Source: Methanobacteriota archaeon
GTDB lineage: Archaea > Thermoplasmatota > E2 > DHVEG-1
Assembly (NCBI GenBank): GCA_903877165.1
Contig: CAIRCU010000006.1
Span: forward strand, 2,580-66,579
DNA: 64,000 nt
Direction of reading: 5' to 3'
Of the stretch, positions 1-7,870 are shown piece by piece (the stretch's first letter is position 1; the number at the start of each line of letters is the position of its first letter). The notes beneath the pieces are model-generated. The model saw only the letters and a program-made list of their open reading frames with translations, was not told the DNA's origin and did no database searches. The translations under genes were made by a program, and so were the position numbers.

Positions 1-1
1 C

Positions 2-334
2 CAGAACGGCTTCGGCATCTACCTCGTAAGCTCCACAGCCAACACGATCTCCTCCTGCACCTTCACAAGCAGCCCCTCCTACCTCACCAACGCGAACAGC
101 ACCGAATTCACCGGCTGCAGCATCGATGCCCTCAGCCTTCGAAACCACTCCTCCGCCCTCCTCAGACAATGCACGAACATCACCGCATCACACGTCTCCA
201 CCTCCAATTCAACCCTCACGTTCGAACCCCCTGTAGCCTCCCAGACGCTCTCACCCCAGCCCGCGAGCGGACACGCCGTCGCCAGTATCTGGGATCACCT
301 CGCCGCCCTCCTGCGAAGCATCCTTCATTTCTAA
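2..334 (+). CDS. 3' end of a larger secreted/surface protein with parallel beta-helix-like repeats (partial, continues upstream of window)
   Basis: Frame 2 is open from the window edge to TAA at 332-334. Translation QNGFGIYLVSSTANTISSCTFTSSPSYLTNANSTEFTGCSI... shows Ser/Thr/Asn-rich repeats typical of right-handed beta-helix (PbH1) surface proteins. There is no start codon in the window. Confidence 0.4.
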   Translation, partial: QNGFGIYLVSSTANTISSCTFTSSPSYLTNANSTEFTGCSIDALSLRNHSSALLRQCTNITASHVSTSNSTLTFEPPVASQTLSPQPASGHAVASIWDHLAALLRSILHF

Positions 335-396
335 ACAGACATCATCCGTGGACCTAACCACTCTTTGTAATCGTACCATTAAATACCGGCGGCCTC

Positions 397-996
397 ATGT
401 CACCTTTGAGTATGAAGGAGACGCTCCTGGTCGTCGAACACTGCGAGAAAGGTCTCTCCGAATGGCTCACGCTTGAGTACCGGCATGCGGCCAACATCTG
501 GCCACGCCACACCCTCTTCACCAACGTCAAATCTCCTGCGACCGCCGCAAAACTGCGCGCCTACGGGGAAGTGACCCGTGAAAAGGCTAACGACCACCTC
601 GCCGGACACCGCTGCCTCATCCTCGACCCCAAAGCAGCCGCGCCCCTCACCCCGCACGATTTCACCGGCCTCTATGCCGTCATCATCGGTGGCATCCTGG
701 GCTACAAGACCCCGCGAGGCAGGACCAAGGCACTCATCAGCGACCATTCATCGTTCGAGACCAGGCATATCGGATCCATCCAGCTGACGATCGATGGCGC
801 CGCGTTCGTCGCCAAGGCAATCGCACTCGGCATGAAACTTGAGGACATCGAGATCGCGTACGAAGTCGAAATCACCCACAACCCGGTGCACAGCACGGTT
901 CTTCCCTTCGGCTACCCAGTAATCGACGGAAAACCGATCATCACGCCAGGACTCATCGAGTACCTGACCAGGGATGAAGAAACGAAGAAGACTTAG
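397..996 (+). CDS. conserved hypothetical protein (199 aa), function unknown
   Basis: Clean ORF with no low-complexity bias. Its end overlaps the convergent csp gene by 4 nt. I cannot place it in a family from sequence alone. Confidence 0.5.
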   Translation: MSPLSMKETLLVVEHCEKGLSEWLTLEYRHAANIWPRHTLFTNVKSPATAAKLRAYGEVTREKANDHLAGHRCLILDPKAAAPLTPHDFTGLYAVIIGGILGYKTPRGRTKALISDHSSFETRHIGSIQLTIDGAAFVAKAIALGMKLEDIEIAYEVEITHNPVHSTVLPFGYPVIDGKPIITPGLIEYLTRDEETKKT

Positions 997-1232
997 CTTT
1001 CTTGCACGGCGAGACTCATGGCGACCGGCCCGCGCTTCGACTCAGACACGCGGTATATCACCTTGTCGCCCTTCTGCAGATAAATCGTCCAGAACGGCAG
1101 CTCGGACTTATGTACGAACACCCGCTGACCATCGTCACCACGGATGAACCCAAAGCCCTTCCGCACGTCATAGAACGACACGATGCCCTGCATCGTCATC
1201 TGTTCATCATTTGCTTGTTGTGAAATATTCAT
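993..1232 (-). CDS. csp: cold-shock protein (CspA family, S1-like cold-shock DNA-binding domain)
   Basis: MQGIVSFYDVRKGFGFIRGDDGQRVFVHKSEL matches the CSD RNP-1 and RNP-2 motifs (KGFGFI ... VFVH). The true start may be the internal MQGIV. Confidence 0.85.
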   Translation of the reverse strand: MNISQQANDEQMTMQGIVSFYDVRKGFGFIRGDDGQRVFVHKSELPFWTIYLQKGDKVIYRVSESKRGPVAMSLAVQES

Positions 1233-1375
1233 AGATTGTCCTTCTGAACCGGAAAAAGAATGTCAGTTTTTTTACCAAAAGTCTTGGAAAAAACTCCTTA
1301 CTTCTGTTTCTAACGGTTACGGGTCCCCAGTAGCATGCACCCCTTTAAATAGTTTTCTTCCCGTACCCCACGACT

Positions 1376-1855
1376 GTGCCAGCCACACCACAGACTCCAA
1401 CCGTCAGACACGCGACACCAGACGACCTCCCCAGCATCATCGCCCTCGAAAACAAATGTTTCCCCGGCCCCATCGCCTACACCCCACGACAGCTCTGCTA
1501 CCTCCTCACCACAGCCAACAGCGCCGTCCTCGTCGAAACCCTCCACAACCGTCTCCGCGGCTTCATCATCATCCTCTACCGCCGCGGCTCCACCACCGCC
1601 GGCATCGAGACCATCGACGTCGACCCAGACGCCCAACGCAATGGCATCGCACGCCGACTCCTCACCGCCGCAGAAGACGACATGCACGCCCACCATATCG
1701 CCCGCGTCAGACTCGAAGTCTCAACCCAAAACACACCGGCCATCGGCCTCTACCAACACGCCGGATACAACACCACAGAGTTCCTCCACAACTACTACAC
1801 CTACAAGCATCACGGCTCACGCGACGCGTTCCGCATGACCAAAGACCTCTCATGA
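1376..1855 (+). CDS. GNAT family N-acetyltransferase (RimI-like)
   Basis: ATPDDLPSIIALENKCF, the RNGIARRLL acetyl-CoA binding motif and the Y...GY tail identify it. It is likely leaderless; a TTTAAATA box sits at 1345-1352. Confidence 0.8.
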   Translation: MPATPQTPTVRHATPDDLPSIIALENKCFPGPIAYTPRQLCYLLTTANSAVLVETLHNRLRGFIIILYRRGSTTAGIETIDVDPDAQRNGIARRLLTAAEDDMHAHHIARVRLEVSTQNTPAIGLYQHAGYNTTEFLHNYYTYKHHGSRDAFRMTKDLS

Positions 1856-3276
1856 CGAGGCACCACGCAGGACACCCACTCCCCGTCCTGTAACCCGCAA
1901 TACCCTTTTGTGTACTCCTCCATGATCGACAGCAGACTGTCACGGAACTGCGCAGGGACGTACTCCATGCTGCACGACGGACCGTTGTGGATTCGCTCCA
2001 CATGATCGACGCTGCGCACCTCAGGCCCAGCACCCCCCTGCATCAGGAAAAACGACTGCTCCTTCTCATCCTTATCCAGCTTCAGGTTCGACGTCTTCAC
2101 CCGGGCAGGGAACCCTTCCACCGCCTGCTTCGTGTACCGAATCAGCTGCGGATCGATCTTATTGGCGAGCAAGAACAACAGGATTCCCATGCACTTCGAG
2201 CACGTCCCGCAGGGGATGACCTCCTCGCCTTCGATATGGCAAGAGTGGCATGACCGCTGGTTCCTCGCAAGATCAGGGTACCGCGAGAACAAGATCCGCT
2301 CCACGATCAACCCCGTGATGGGCCGCACCGCCGACCACTGCACCATCCCAGGCATCCGCCGTTGGTACCACAGGTTCATCCGACGATCGAAGCTCACATC
2401 CTGGTCATAGATGCCATAATAATCAACCAGCCCCTTGAACGACGGCGTCATCCGCAGATCATCAAACTCGCTGCCAATCAGGAGGTTACCGATCCTCCGC
2501 TGCGCGAACAGCGGCATGAGCGCGAACACATAGTACGGGAAGATGCACATGCGGACGGGGTACACATCCGCCCTGATCTGCCGGTGGTCTTTCCGAATAA
2601 AGGGCAAGTGATCCAGCATGAACAGATAGAAACGATCCACGTTCGTCCACACCCGTCCCGTGTTCGGCTCGGTCTGCTCATGGTACCGATACGCGGTCAT
2701 CGCGGTTCGCCAATGCCCGCCGCTCTCATTCACATACAGCGGATGCACATCCACGCCAAGCTCCTTGAGCATCCCGTACGTGGTAAGACTTTCCTTCCCG
2801 CCGCTTGAGAGAATCCCACAGCGCAATGCATCGAAGTCTTTCTGTAGAGGGGCATCCGTCGCAATCGAATCAGGGATGAAGGTCGATTTCGGCTTCGCGG
2901 CCGCCGCCGTCGCATCCTCTTCAGCGATCTGGTACCCGGGCAGCAGGTACGGCGCCGACGGCTTGACGAGCTCATGGATATACGTCTCACCGCAAAACAC
3001 CGCGTTGAGATCATTGAGGAGGCCGAGGTCCGCGGAGCTGACCGGGAACCGCAGGGTGAACCGCTCAGTGAACAACCCGTAGTTCAGCAACGGCATGCAG
3101 AACGCGAGCCGGAGAAACGGTAGAAACTCAGAGGAGATCGGATCTTGGTACTGCAGGGACAGGTCGAACGAGAACTGCTGCTTGTGCCGCGTCGTTAGGG
3201 TCACGGTCGTCGTCGCCGTAGTCTTATCAATGACGGGCTCTGAAAGGCTGATGTCTTTGAAGCAGACGAAATCCAT
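1810..3276 (-). CDS. PP-loop (N-type ATP pyrophosphatase) superfamily protein with an unknown ~150-aa N-domain and C-terminal Cys cluster
   Basis: The SGG-K-ES motif (ILSSGGKESL) is a variant of the PP-loop SGGxDS. The C-terminal region carries CHSCH...CGTCSKC (CxxC...CxxCxxC), as in QueC/TtuA-like zinc or Fe-S sites. The ATG at 3276 is coupled to the stop of the upstream DUF1611 gene. Confidence 0.55.
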   Translation of the reverse strand: MDFVCFKDISLSEPVIDKTTATTTVTLTTRHKQQFSFDLSLQYQDPISSEFLPFLRLAFCMPLLNYGLFTERFTLRFPVSSADLGLLNDLNAVFCGETYIHELVKPSAPYLLPGYQIAEEDATAAAAKPKSTFIPDSIATDAPLQKDFDALRCGILSSGGKESLTTYGMLKELGVDVHPLYVNESGGHWRTAMTAYRYHEQTEPNTGRVWTNVDRFYLFMLDHLPFIRKDHRQIRADVYPVRMCIFPYYVFALMPLFAQRRIGNLLIGSEFDDLRMTPSFKGLVDYYGIYDQDVSFDRRMNLWYQRRMPGMVQWSAVRPITGLIVERILFSRYPDLARNQRSCHSCHIEGEEVIPCGTCSKCMGILLFLLANKIDPQLIRYTKQAVEGFPARVKTSNLKLDKDEKEQSFFLMQGGAGPEVRSVDHVERIHNGPSCSMEYVPAQFRDSLLSIMEEYTKGYCGLQDGEWVSCVVPRHERSLVMRNASREP

Positions 3277-3278
3277 AG

Positions 3279-4334
3279 TTAGGTCACCTTTTCCGTTAAC
3301 GGTTCGATCGCGTCGATGATGCCGGCGACGCCATCGGTGAGCGGGTCGACGACAGGGACATGAAACAGATTAGCATAGCGTTGGATGACTGCAGGCATTT
3401 GGGCCGGTGAGAGATGCTCATGGTTCAAACCGATCCCAAGCAATGGTTTTTCCGTTAAAAGCTCAGCGATGGTGACGACGCGTTTGGGATCCGGCATGGG
3501 ATAGCCTGGGAAGCCGTCGAGATGCGGCCGGCCCGGGGCATCCATGAGCAGAAACCCATGGACGCGACCAGCAGCGAGGATTTCGAAACCGCCGGGGAAA
3601 AAGGGATGGACGAGGCTGCCCTGCCCTTCGATGACGATGAACTGCGGATGGTCGTCCCTCCAGCTGTCGATGATGGCGCCTTCGATACCGCCGGAGACGA
3701 AGTCGTTGATGAGGGCGTCGAGGACGACGCCATGACGCCAGCCCTGCATCCAGCCGGTCTGCCCCGTGAAAATCATGTCCGCGCTGTACCCGCGTTTCCG
3801 AAGCTCGTTGACCAAAACGACGGCCATGGTGCGTTTACCAATCGCGGAGTCCGTGCCAAGCAAGGCGATGCGCACCGACGGGATGTTGATTATTTCCCCG
3901 GTGTAGAACCGCTTGTGGTCCCGGTAGATTTTCCGTACATCGGTGATGGTGCAGCCGTGTTTGTTAGCGAGAGCGACGCAGCGCGGCTTGTCCGAAATGA
4001 ACTCGTGCAGACCGGAGACGACGTTGAGGCCATGACCAAGGGCCCATTCGACCGCGCCCTCGTACCCCGATGGGAGGACGCCGCCTTCGGAGACCGCGCC
4101 GACGATGAAGGTCTCCGGCTTGGTTCGCATGACTGCAGTCTCAAGTGAAGGAAAGACGGGAATGCCGCTGGGTTTTCCATCCAGGATCTGTCCGGCGTCG
4201 CCGCCAGGCAGCGTGGAGTCAACGACGCCGACGATGCTGTAGCGTTGGCAGTAGCGGACGAGGCCATGAGCGGTCTTGCCGTCGGTCGCGGTAAAGAGCC
4301 GGTCAGCGTACACGATAGCGCGTGGTAAGGTCAT
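3279..4334 (-). CDS. DUF1611 (COG3367, DgcN-like) domain protein
   Basis: 351 aa with an N-terminal Rossmann-like domain and a C-terminal P-loop-like GTDSAIGKRT motif, the usual DUF1611 architecture. It lies between the PLP-enzyme and PP-loop genes on the same strand. Confidence 0.6.
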   Translation of the reverse strand: MTLPRAIVYADRLFTATDGKTAHGLVRYCQRYSIVGVVDSTLPGGDAGQILDGKPSGIPVFPSLETAVMRTKPETFIVGAVSEGGVLPSGYEGAVEWALGHGLNVVSGLHEFISDKPRCVALANKHGCTITDVRKIYRDHKRFYTGEIINIPSVRIALLGTDSAIGKRTMAVVLVNELRKRGYSADMIFTGQTGWMQGWRHGVVLDALINDFVSGGIEGAIIDSWRDDHPQFIVIEGQGSLVHPFFPGGFEILAAGRVHGFLLMDAPGRPHLDGFPGYPMPDPKRVVTIAELLTEKPLLGIGLNHEHLSPAQMPAVIQRYANLFHVPVVDPLTDGVAGIIDAIEPLTEKVT

Positions 4335-4382
4335 ACGAAGATCACGTTCGATGGTCCTGGAAAAGTCCTCACGCTGTTGGTG

Positions 4383-5399
4383 TTAGCGGAATTTCCTCCC
4401 CGTGAGAACAAGGACGTAATCGGAGTTGAGGACGCGGTGCTGTTTGAATCTGATGAGTGCTTCGATGGGGCTGGTGGAGGCGGGAAGCACGTTGAGGCCT
4501 TCGAAGTCTCTGAGGATCCTATGGTACTTCATCATGGAGGCGTCACTGGCGTAGTCCGCCCAGCCATTGCTGTCGTAGATCGCGCTGAGGGCGTCGTCGC
4601 CGTCGTACGAATGGTAGCTGATGAGCGGCTCGTTAATCGTAGTCTCATGGAGCTCCTCAGGGCGGAGGTCCTCGGTCTTGGAGGCACCGGTCTTGAAGCT
4701 GCGCACGATCGGGTTGCCACCTGGAGTGGAGGCGCCGACGAGGTAAGGAATGTGGTCAATGATGCCCTGGTCGAGCAGGTGTTTGAAGCCGTGGTAGATG
4801 CCGACGAGGGTAGTGCCGTTGCCGACCGGGGCAGCGACCGCGGTGGGGCAGCGGCCGAGCTGCGCGTAGATCTCAGTCGCGATGCTCATGTAGCCGCGCC
4901 AACCTTCGTTGCCGTTGCCTGGATTCGCGTCGTAGTAGTGCTCGGTCTTGGCGAGCCTTCGGCTGGCTTCGACCGCGTCTTCGTACTTATCGTAATCGCT
5001 GAGGATCTCTGCGCCGAGTGAGTGGAGCGTTTCGCGGCGATGCGGCGTCATGGTGTATTTCTCTGGGATGAGGATTTTTGCTTTGAGGCCGACTAGGTTG
5101 GCGAAGTACGCGAGTGAGACGCCGTAGTTACCGCACGTACCCACGGTGACGGTATCGTACCCCTCACGCATCGCCTTGTGCACGTGGTACTGAGAAATGC
5201 GGTCCTTCTGCGTCCCAGTGGGATTGCTGCCTTCGAACTTCAGGTAGATGTTCCCAAAACCCAGGAGCGACTCAAGGTTTCGCGCGTGAGTAAATAATGT
5301 TCCCCCAACCACCTTGGTGGGTGGCGGCTCCTCATCTTTTTGGAGGCCCAACACATCCATTTTTTGTAAACTCCCATGTCCTTTGACGATTTGGGACAA
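4383..5399 (-). CDS. PLP-dependent fold-type II enzyme (threonine synthase / Trp-synthase-beta-like)
   Basis: YLKFEGSNPTGTQKDR matches the threonine-synthase PLP-lysine motif (F/LEGxNPTGSFKDR). A glycine-rich loop (GTCGNYG) is present. At 338 aa it is shorter than canonical ThrC. Confidence 0.65.
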   Translation of the reverse strand: MSQIVKGHGSLQKMDVLGLQKDEEPPPTKVVGGTLFTHARNLESLLGFGNIYLKFEGSNPTGTQKDRISQYHVHKAMREGYDTVTVGTCGNYGVSLAYFANLVGLKAKILIPEKYTMTPHRRETLHSLGAEILSDYDKYEDAVEASRRLAKTEHYYDANPGNGNEGWRGYMSIATEIYAQLGRCPTAVAAPVGNGTTLVGIYHGFKHLLDQGIIDHIPYLVGASTPGGNPIVRSFKTGASKTEDLRPEELHETTINEPLISYHSYDGDDALSAIYDSNGWADYASDASMMKYHRILRDFEGLNVLPASTSPIEALIRFKQHRVLNSDYVLVLTGRKFR

Positions 5400-5571
5400 G
5401 ACCCTATATGTGAAACGAGTTCTTAAATTTTTACGTAACGACGCTGTTCGAAAAAATTTTTTTTGCGCGTTTGGAAAATTTCGTGAGGCTCACTTTGTTT
5501 TCTTCGTCGCAACGACTGAGCGTGTTTTCTGCACCGCGGCGTGTGTTTTTTTGTGAGCTGTTTTCCCTAGG

Positions 5572-5583
5572 TTTTATATAGCG
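5572..5583 (+). promoter_or_regulatory. TATA-box-like element (TTTTATATAG) upstream of the small zinc-ribbon gene
   Basis: AT-rich box in GC-rich DNA, about 50 nt upstream of the ATG at 5634. The same intergenic region probably also holds the promoter for the divergent PLP-enzyme operon. Confidence 0.3.
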
Positions 5584-5633
5584 CCATGTCATTGCCAGGC
5601 GTAGGATCACCTCTACGAACTAGGAGCACTACT

Positions 5634-5765
5634 ATGCCGCATTACTGCAGTATTTGTGGAGATGAGTTAGAGCCTGAAGAAGAGCAAGAGGGTATCTGCG
5701 AGAGCTGCAAGCTTTCTCAAGGCGTGGAACCCGGCACGGATGATGTGGAAACCGAATCCCATTGA
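5634..5765 (+). CDS. small acidic zinc-ribbon protein (43 aa, CxxC...CxxC)
   Basis: Manual translation gives MPHYCSICGDELEPEEEQEGICESCKLSQGVEPGTDDVETESH. Two CxxC pairs are present. An upstream TATA box, a downstream hairpin and a T8 run flank it. It is too short for the ORF track. Confidence 0.45.
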   Translation: MPHYCSICGDELEPEEEQEGICESCKLSQGVEPGTDDVETESH

Positions 5766-5826
5766 CGTCCTCACGTCGGACGTAAGGGTCACGTGCACGC
5801 TACGGCCTTGCTCCGCGCTTTTTTTT
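5765..5826 (+). terminator. hairpin (ACGTCC-n7-GGACGT) followed by a T8 run
   Basis: Inverted repeat at 5765-5783 and oligo-T at 5819-5826. Oligo-T tracts are the usual archaeal termination signal. Confidence 0.3.
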
Positions 5827-5920
5827 CAATGGTCTCGGACCCGCTTTTTCTTCCTCATGGATATTATTAAATAGTCTTCGGGCGTTGACGAAACCAGTAA
5901 TCTACTAGGAGAAAACCTGT

Positions 5921-6154
5921 ATGGCCATTGGCTTTGTCTTAATTCATGTCGCGCCCGCGCATGAGCACGAGGTCTACAACAAGCTAACAAAACTGCCGCA
6001 GATCATCGAGCTGCATCCGCTGTTCGGTGAGTACGATCTCATCGCGAAGATCGAGGCGAAGGATTTCGAGGAACTCGGGACGATCATCGTCAACAAGATC
6101 CGCTCGATTACCGGCGTGCTTGACACCAAGACCTTGACCGGACTGACGTTCTAA
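5921..6154 (+). CDS. stand-alone Lrp/AsnC ligand-binding (RAM) domain protein
   Basis: 77 aa. VLIHVAPAHEHEVYNKL...YDLIAKIEAKDFEEL matches the AsnC C-terminal regulatory domain. No HTH is present. Confidence 0.7.
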   Translation: MAIGFVLIHVAPAHEHEVYNKLTKLPQIIELHPLFGEYDLIAKIEAKDFEELGTIIVNKIRSITGVLDTKTLTGLTF

Positions 6155-6681
6155 GGTCTTCGTTTCGCATCAGGGTGTTGGTACATCCGGTACGCGGTCC
6201 GCTTGTCCGGCAGCACCAGCCCGTTGTGCAGGTCGCCGATGTACGAGGAGAGCGTCGGCTGCGGGTGCCGCGACGGTTTTTCCATACGCAGGATCAGCAG
6301 CTGCCCGATGCGCATCCCTGCCTTCAGCGTGAACGCCGTGTCCGAGGCGTTGAAGATCTCCAGCGTCAGATTCCCATCGGAGCCCGGCGAGATCAACATG
6401 CTGCCCATGTGCGAGGTGATGCCGAACCGCGCGAGCGTCGTGGACCCGTCGTACAACCCCGCATGGTCGTTCGGCATGGTGACGTGTTCGAGGGTAGAGC
6501 TGAGGATGAGTGCCTTTGGCTCCAGGATGTAACTGTCTTGGGTCTGGATGACTCCCGCGGGTTTGGCGAACTGATTCGAGAGGTGCAGACGCAGCGAGGC
6601 CGACTTCAGGATTGGCTCCGGGGTGACCTTCAGTTTCTTCTGACTAAGGAGTTCAGCAATCGATTGATCAGAAAGCAGCAT
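6151..6681 (-). CDS. dcd: dCTP deaminase
   Basis: MLLSDQSI...LRLHLSN...PNDHAGLYDGSTTLARFGI matches the dCTP deaminase/dUTPase fold. I set the start at the internal Met (MLLSD), typical for Dcd. The ORF extends to 6702. Confidence 0.8.
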   Translation of the reverse strand: MLLSDQSIAELLSQKKLKVTPEPILKSASLRLHLSNQFAKPAGVIQTQDSYILEPKALILSSTLEHVTMPNDHAGLYDGSTTLARFGITSHMGSMLISPGSDGNLTLEIFNASDTAFTLKAGMRIGQLLILRMEKPSRHPQPTLSSYIGDLHNGLVLPDKRTAYRMYQHPDAKRRP

Positions 6682-6746
6682 AGGCCCTCGCAGGCACAAC
6701 AAGCCGGCGTCGTATTTAAGGATTGGTGACGACCGTTTGAGGCACT

Positions 6747-6756
6747 ATTATATATG
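6747..6756 (+). promoter_or_regulatory. TATA-box-like element (ATTATATATG)
   Basis: About 50 nt upstream of the ATG at 6806. Confidence 0.25.
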
Positions 6757-6805
6757 TACAATGGGATTCACGCACGCCCCATGGTAAAGGGAGTCGTGAG
6801 AACCT

Positions 6806-7708
6806 ATGGCCTACTGTACACGCTGCGGGGTGCAGAACCCCGAGGATGCACACTACTGCAGTAAATGCGGATCCCTGCTGGCCGGGTCCAGCGTAGACCT
6901 CGAGCGGCACATCCATCATTTCTCCCAGGAAGTCGAGGAGTTGGGCCGGCGGCTTGACCGCTCAATCCAGAACAGGGAGCGGCGTCACGAGTCATGGTAC
7001 GACCGCACGTTCGGCGTCTTCGGGCCACTCATCAGCAGCGTCATCGGCCTGCTAGTCCTCCTGCTCGTCATCCAGGCGCTCATCACGGTGAGCGGCCAGG
7101 GTGTATGGCCCATGCGGGTCGCCAACTTCCTTAAGAACTACATCGGGGTCCTATTCGTACTCATGCTGATTGGGGGATACGTCTCGTATCTCTCCCGGAA
7201 GTACCGTCCGTTCCGCTGGGTCGCGCCGCTCATCGGCGGCATCATCTTCTACATCATGCTGTGGCTAGTGAGCATTATCCTCTCAGCTCTCAGCGTGGAC
7301 CTCGCGAACCAGACGCTTCAGACCATCTCCAATCAGTTCACGGTTCTCGCCTTGCCGCTGACGTTCCTCATCGTCGGCTTAGGGTACATCGGATTGTTCT
7401 TCTCACTATCACGACATGACGACCATCCGCTGCCTCCCACACCGCCATCACCGACGCCCGCACCGTCGGCAGCCCCGGTTCAACCACCCATGCCAGCGCC
7501 CGTTGCGCCGCCCGCGCGCCTCTATCGCTCGGGGCGGGAGCGGATTCTCGGCGGGGTCTGCGGCGGCATCGCCGAGTACCTCAACATCGACCCGGTCATC
7601 ATCCGCGTGGTGTTCGTCATCGGCATGGTCCTCTCCTTCGGCGTCCTCGTCCTCGGGTACTTCCTACTGTGGATCCTCGTGCCGCGCAACCCCAGTCATC
7701 CATGGTGA
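6806..7708 (+). CDS. membrane protein with N-terminal zinc ribbon and C-terminal PspC domain
   Basis: The N-terminus CTRCGVQNPEDAHYCSKCG is a zinc ribbon. Four TM helices and a Pro-rich linker follow. The C-terminus LYRSGRERILGGVCGGIAEYLNIDPVIIRVVFVI is the PspC signature. Confidence 0.75.
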   Translation: MAYCTRCGVQNPEDAHYCSKCGSLLAGSSVDLERHIHHFSQEVEELGRRLDRSIQNRERRHESWYDRTFGVFGPLISSVIGLLVLLLVIQALITVSGQGVWPMRVANFLKNYIGVLFVLMLIGGYVSYLSRKYRPFRWVAPLIGGIIFYIMLWLVSIILSALSVDLANQTLQTISNQFTVLALPLTFLIVGLGYIGLFFSLSRHDDHPLPPTPPSPTPAPSAAPVQPPMPAPVAPPARLYRSGRERILGGVCGGIAEYLNIDPVIIRVVFVIGMVLSFGVLVLGYFLLWILVPRNPSHPW

Positions 7709-7767
7709 CCAGGAAAAGAAAGCAGCCCTGAAGCACCATCCCCCCTTTTTTGTTCCTCCTTGTGTGA

Positions 7768-7838
7768 CAGCCCCGGGCGGATTTGAACCGCCGACGTTGG
7801 CTCCAAAGGCCAAAATGTTGCCACTACACCACGGGGCT
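7768..7838 (-). tRNA. tRNA-Gln (anticodon UUG), archaeal-type
   Basis: Manual fold gives acceptor AGCCCCG/CGGGGCU, D-arm GTGT-AGTGGCA-ACAT, anticodon stem TTGGC/GCCAA with loop CTTTGGA (anticodon TTG), and T-arm GGCGG-TTCAAAT-CCGCC. There is no encoded CCA. The discriminator is G73. Confidence 0.85.
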
Positions 7839-7870
7839 ATAGACCTACCCGGTAACAGAGCCATGGCATT

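Noticed and set aside
1183-1893. 236-aa ORF, Arg/Pro/His-rich (…HHRRHRDHRRRPRRP…)
   Set aside because: Low-complexity translation of the alternative frame of the GNAT gene on the same strand. This is a typical high-GC artefact.
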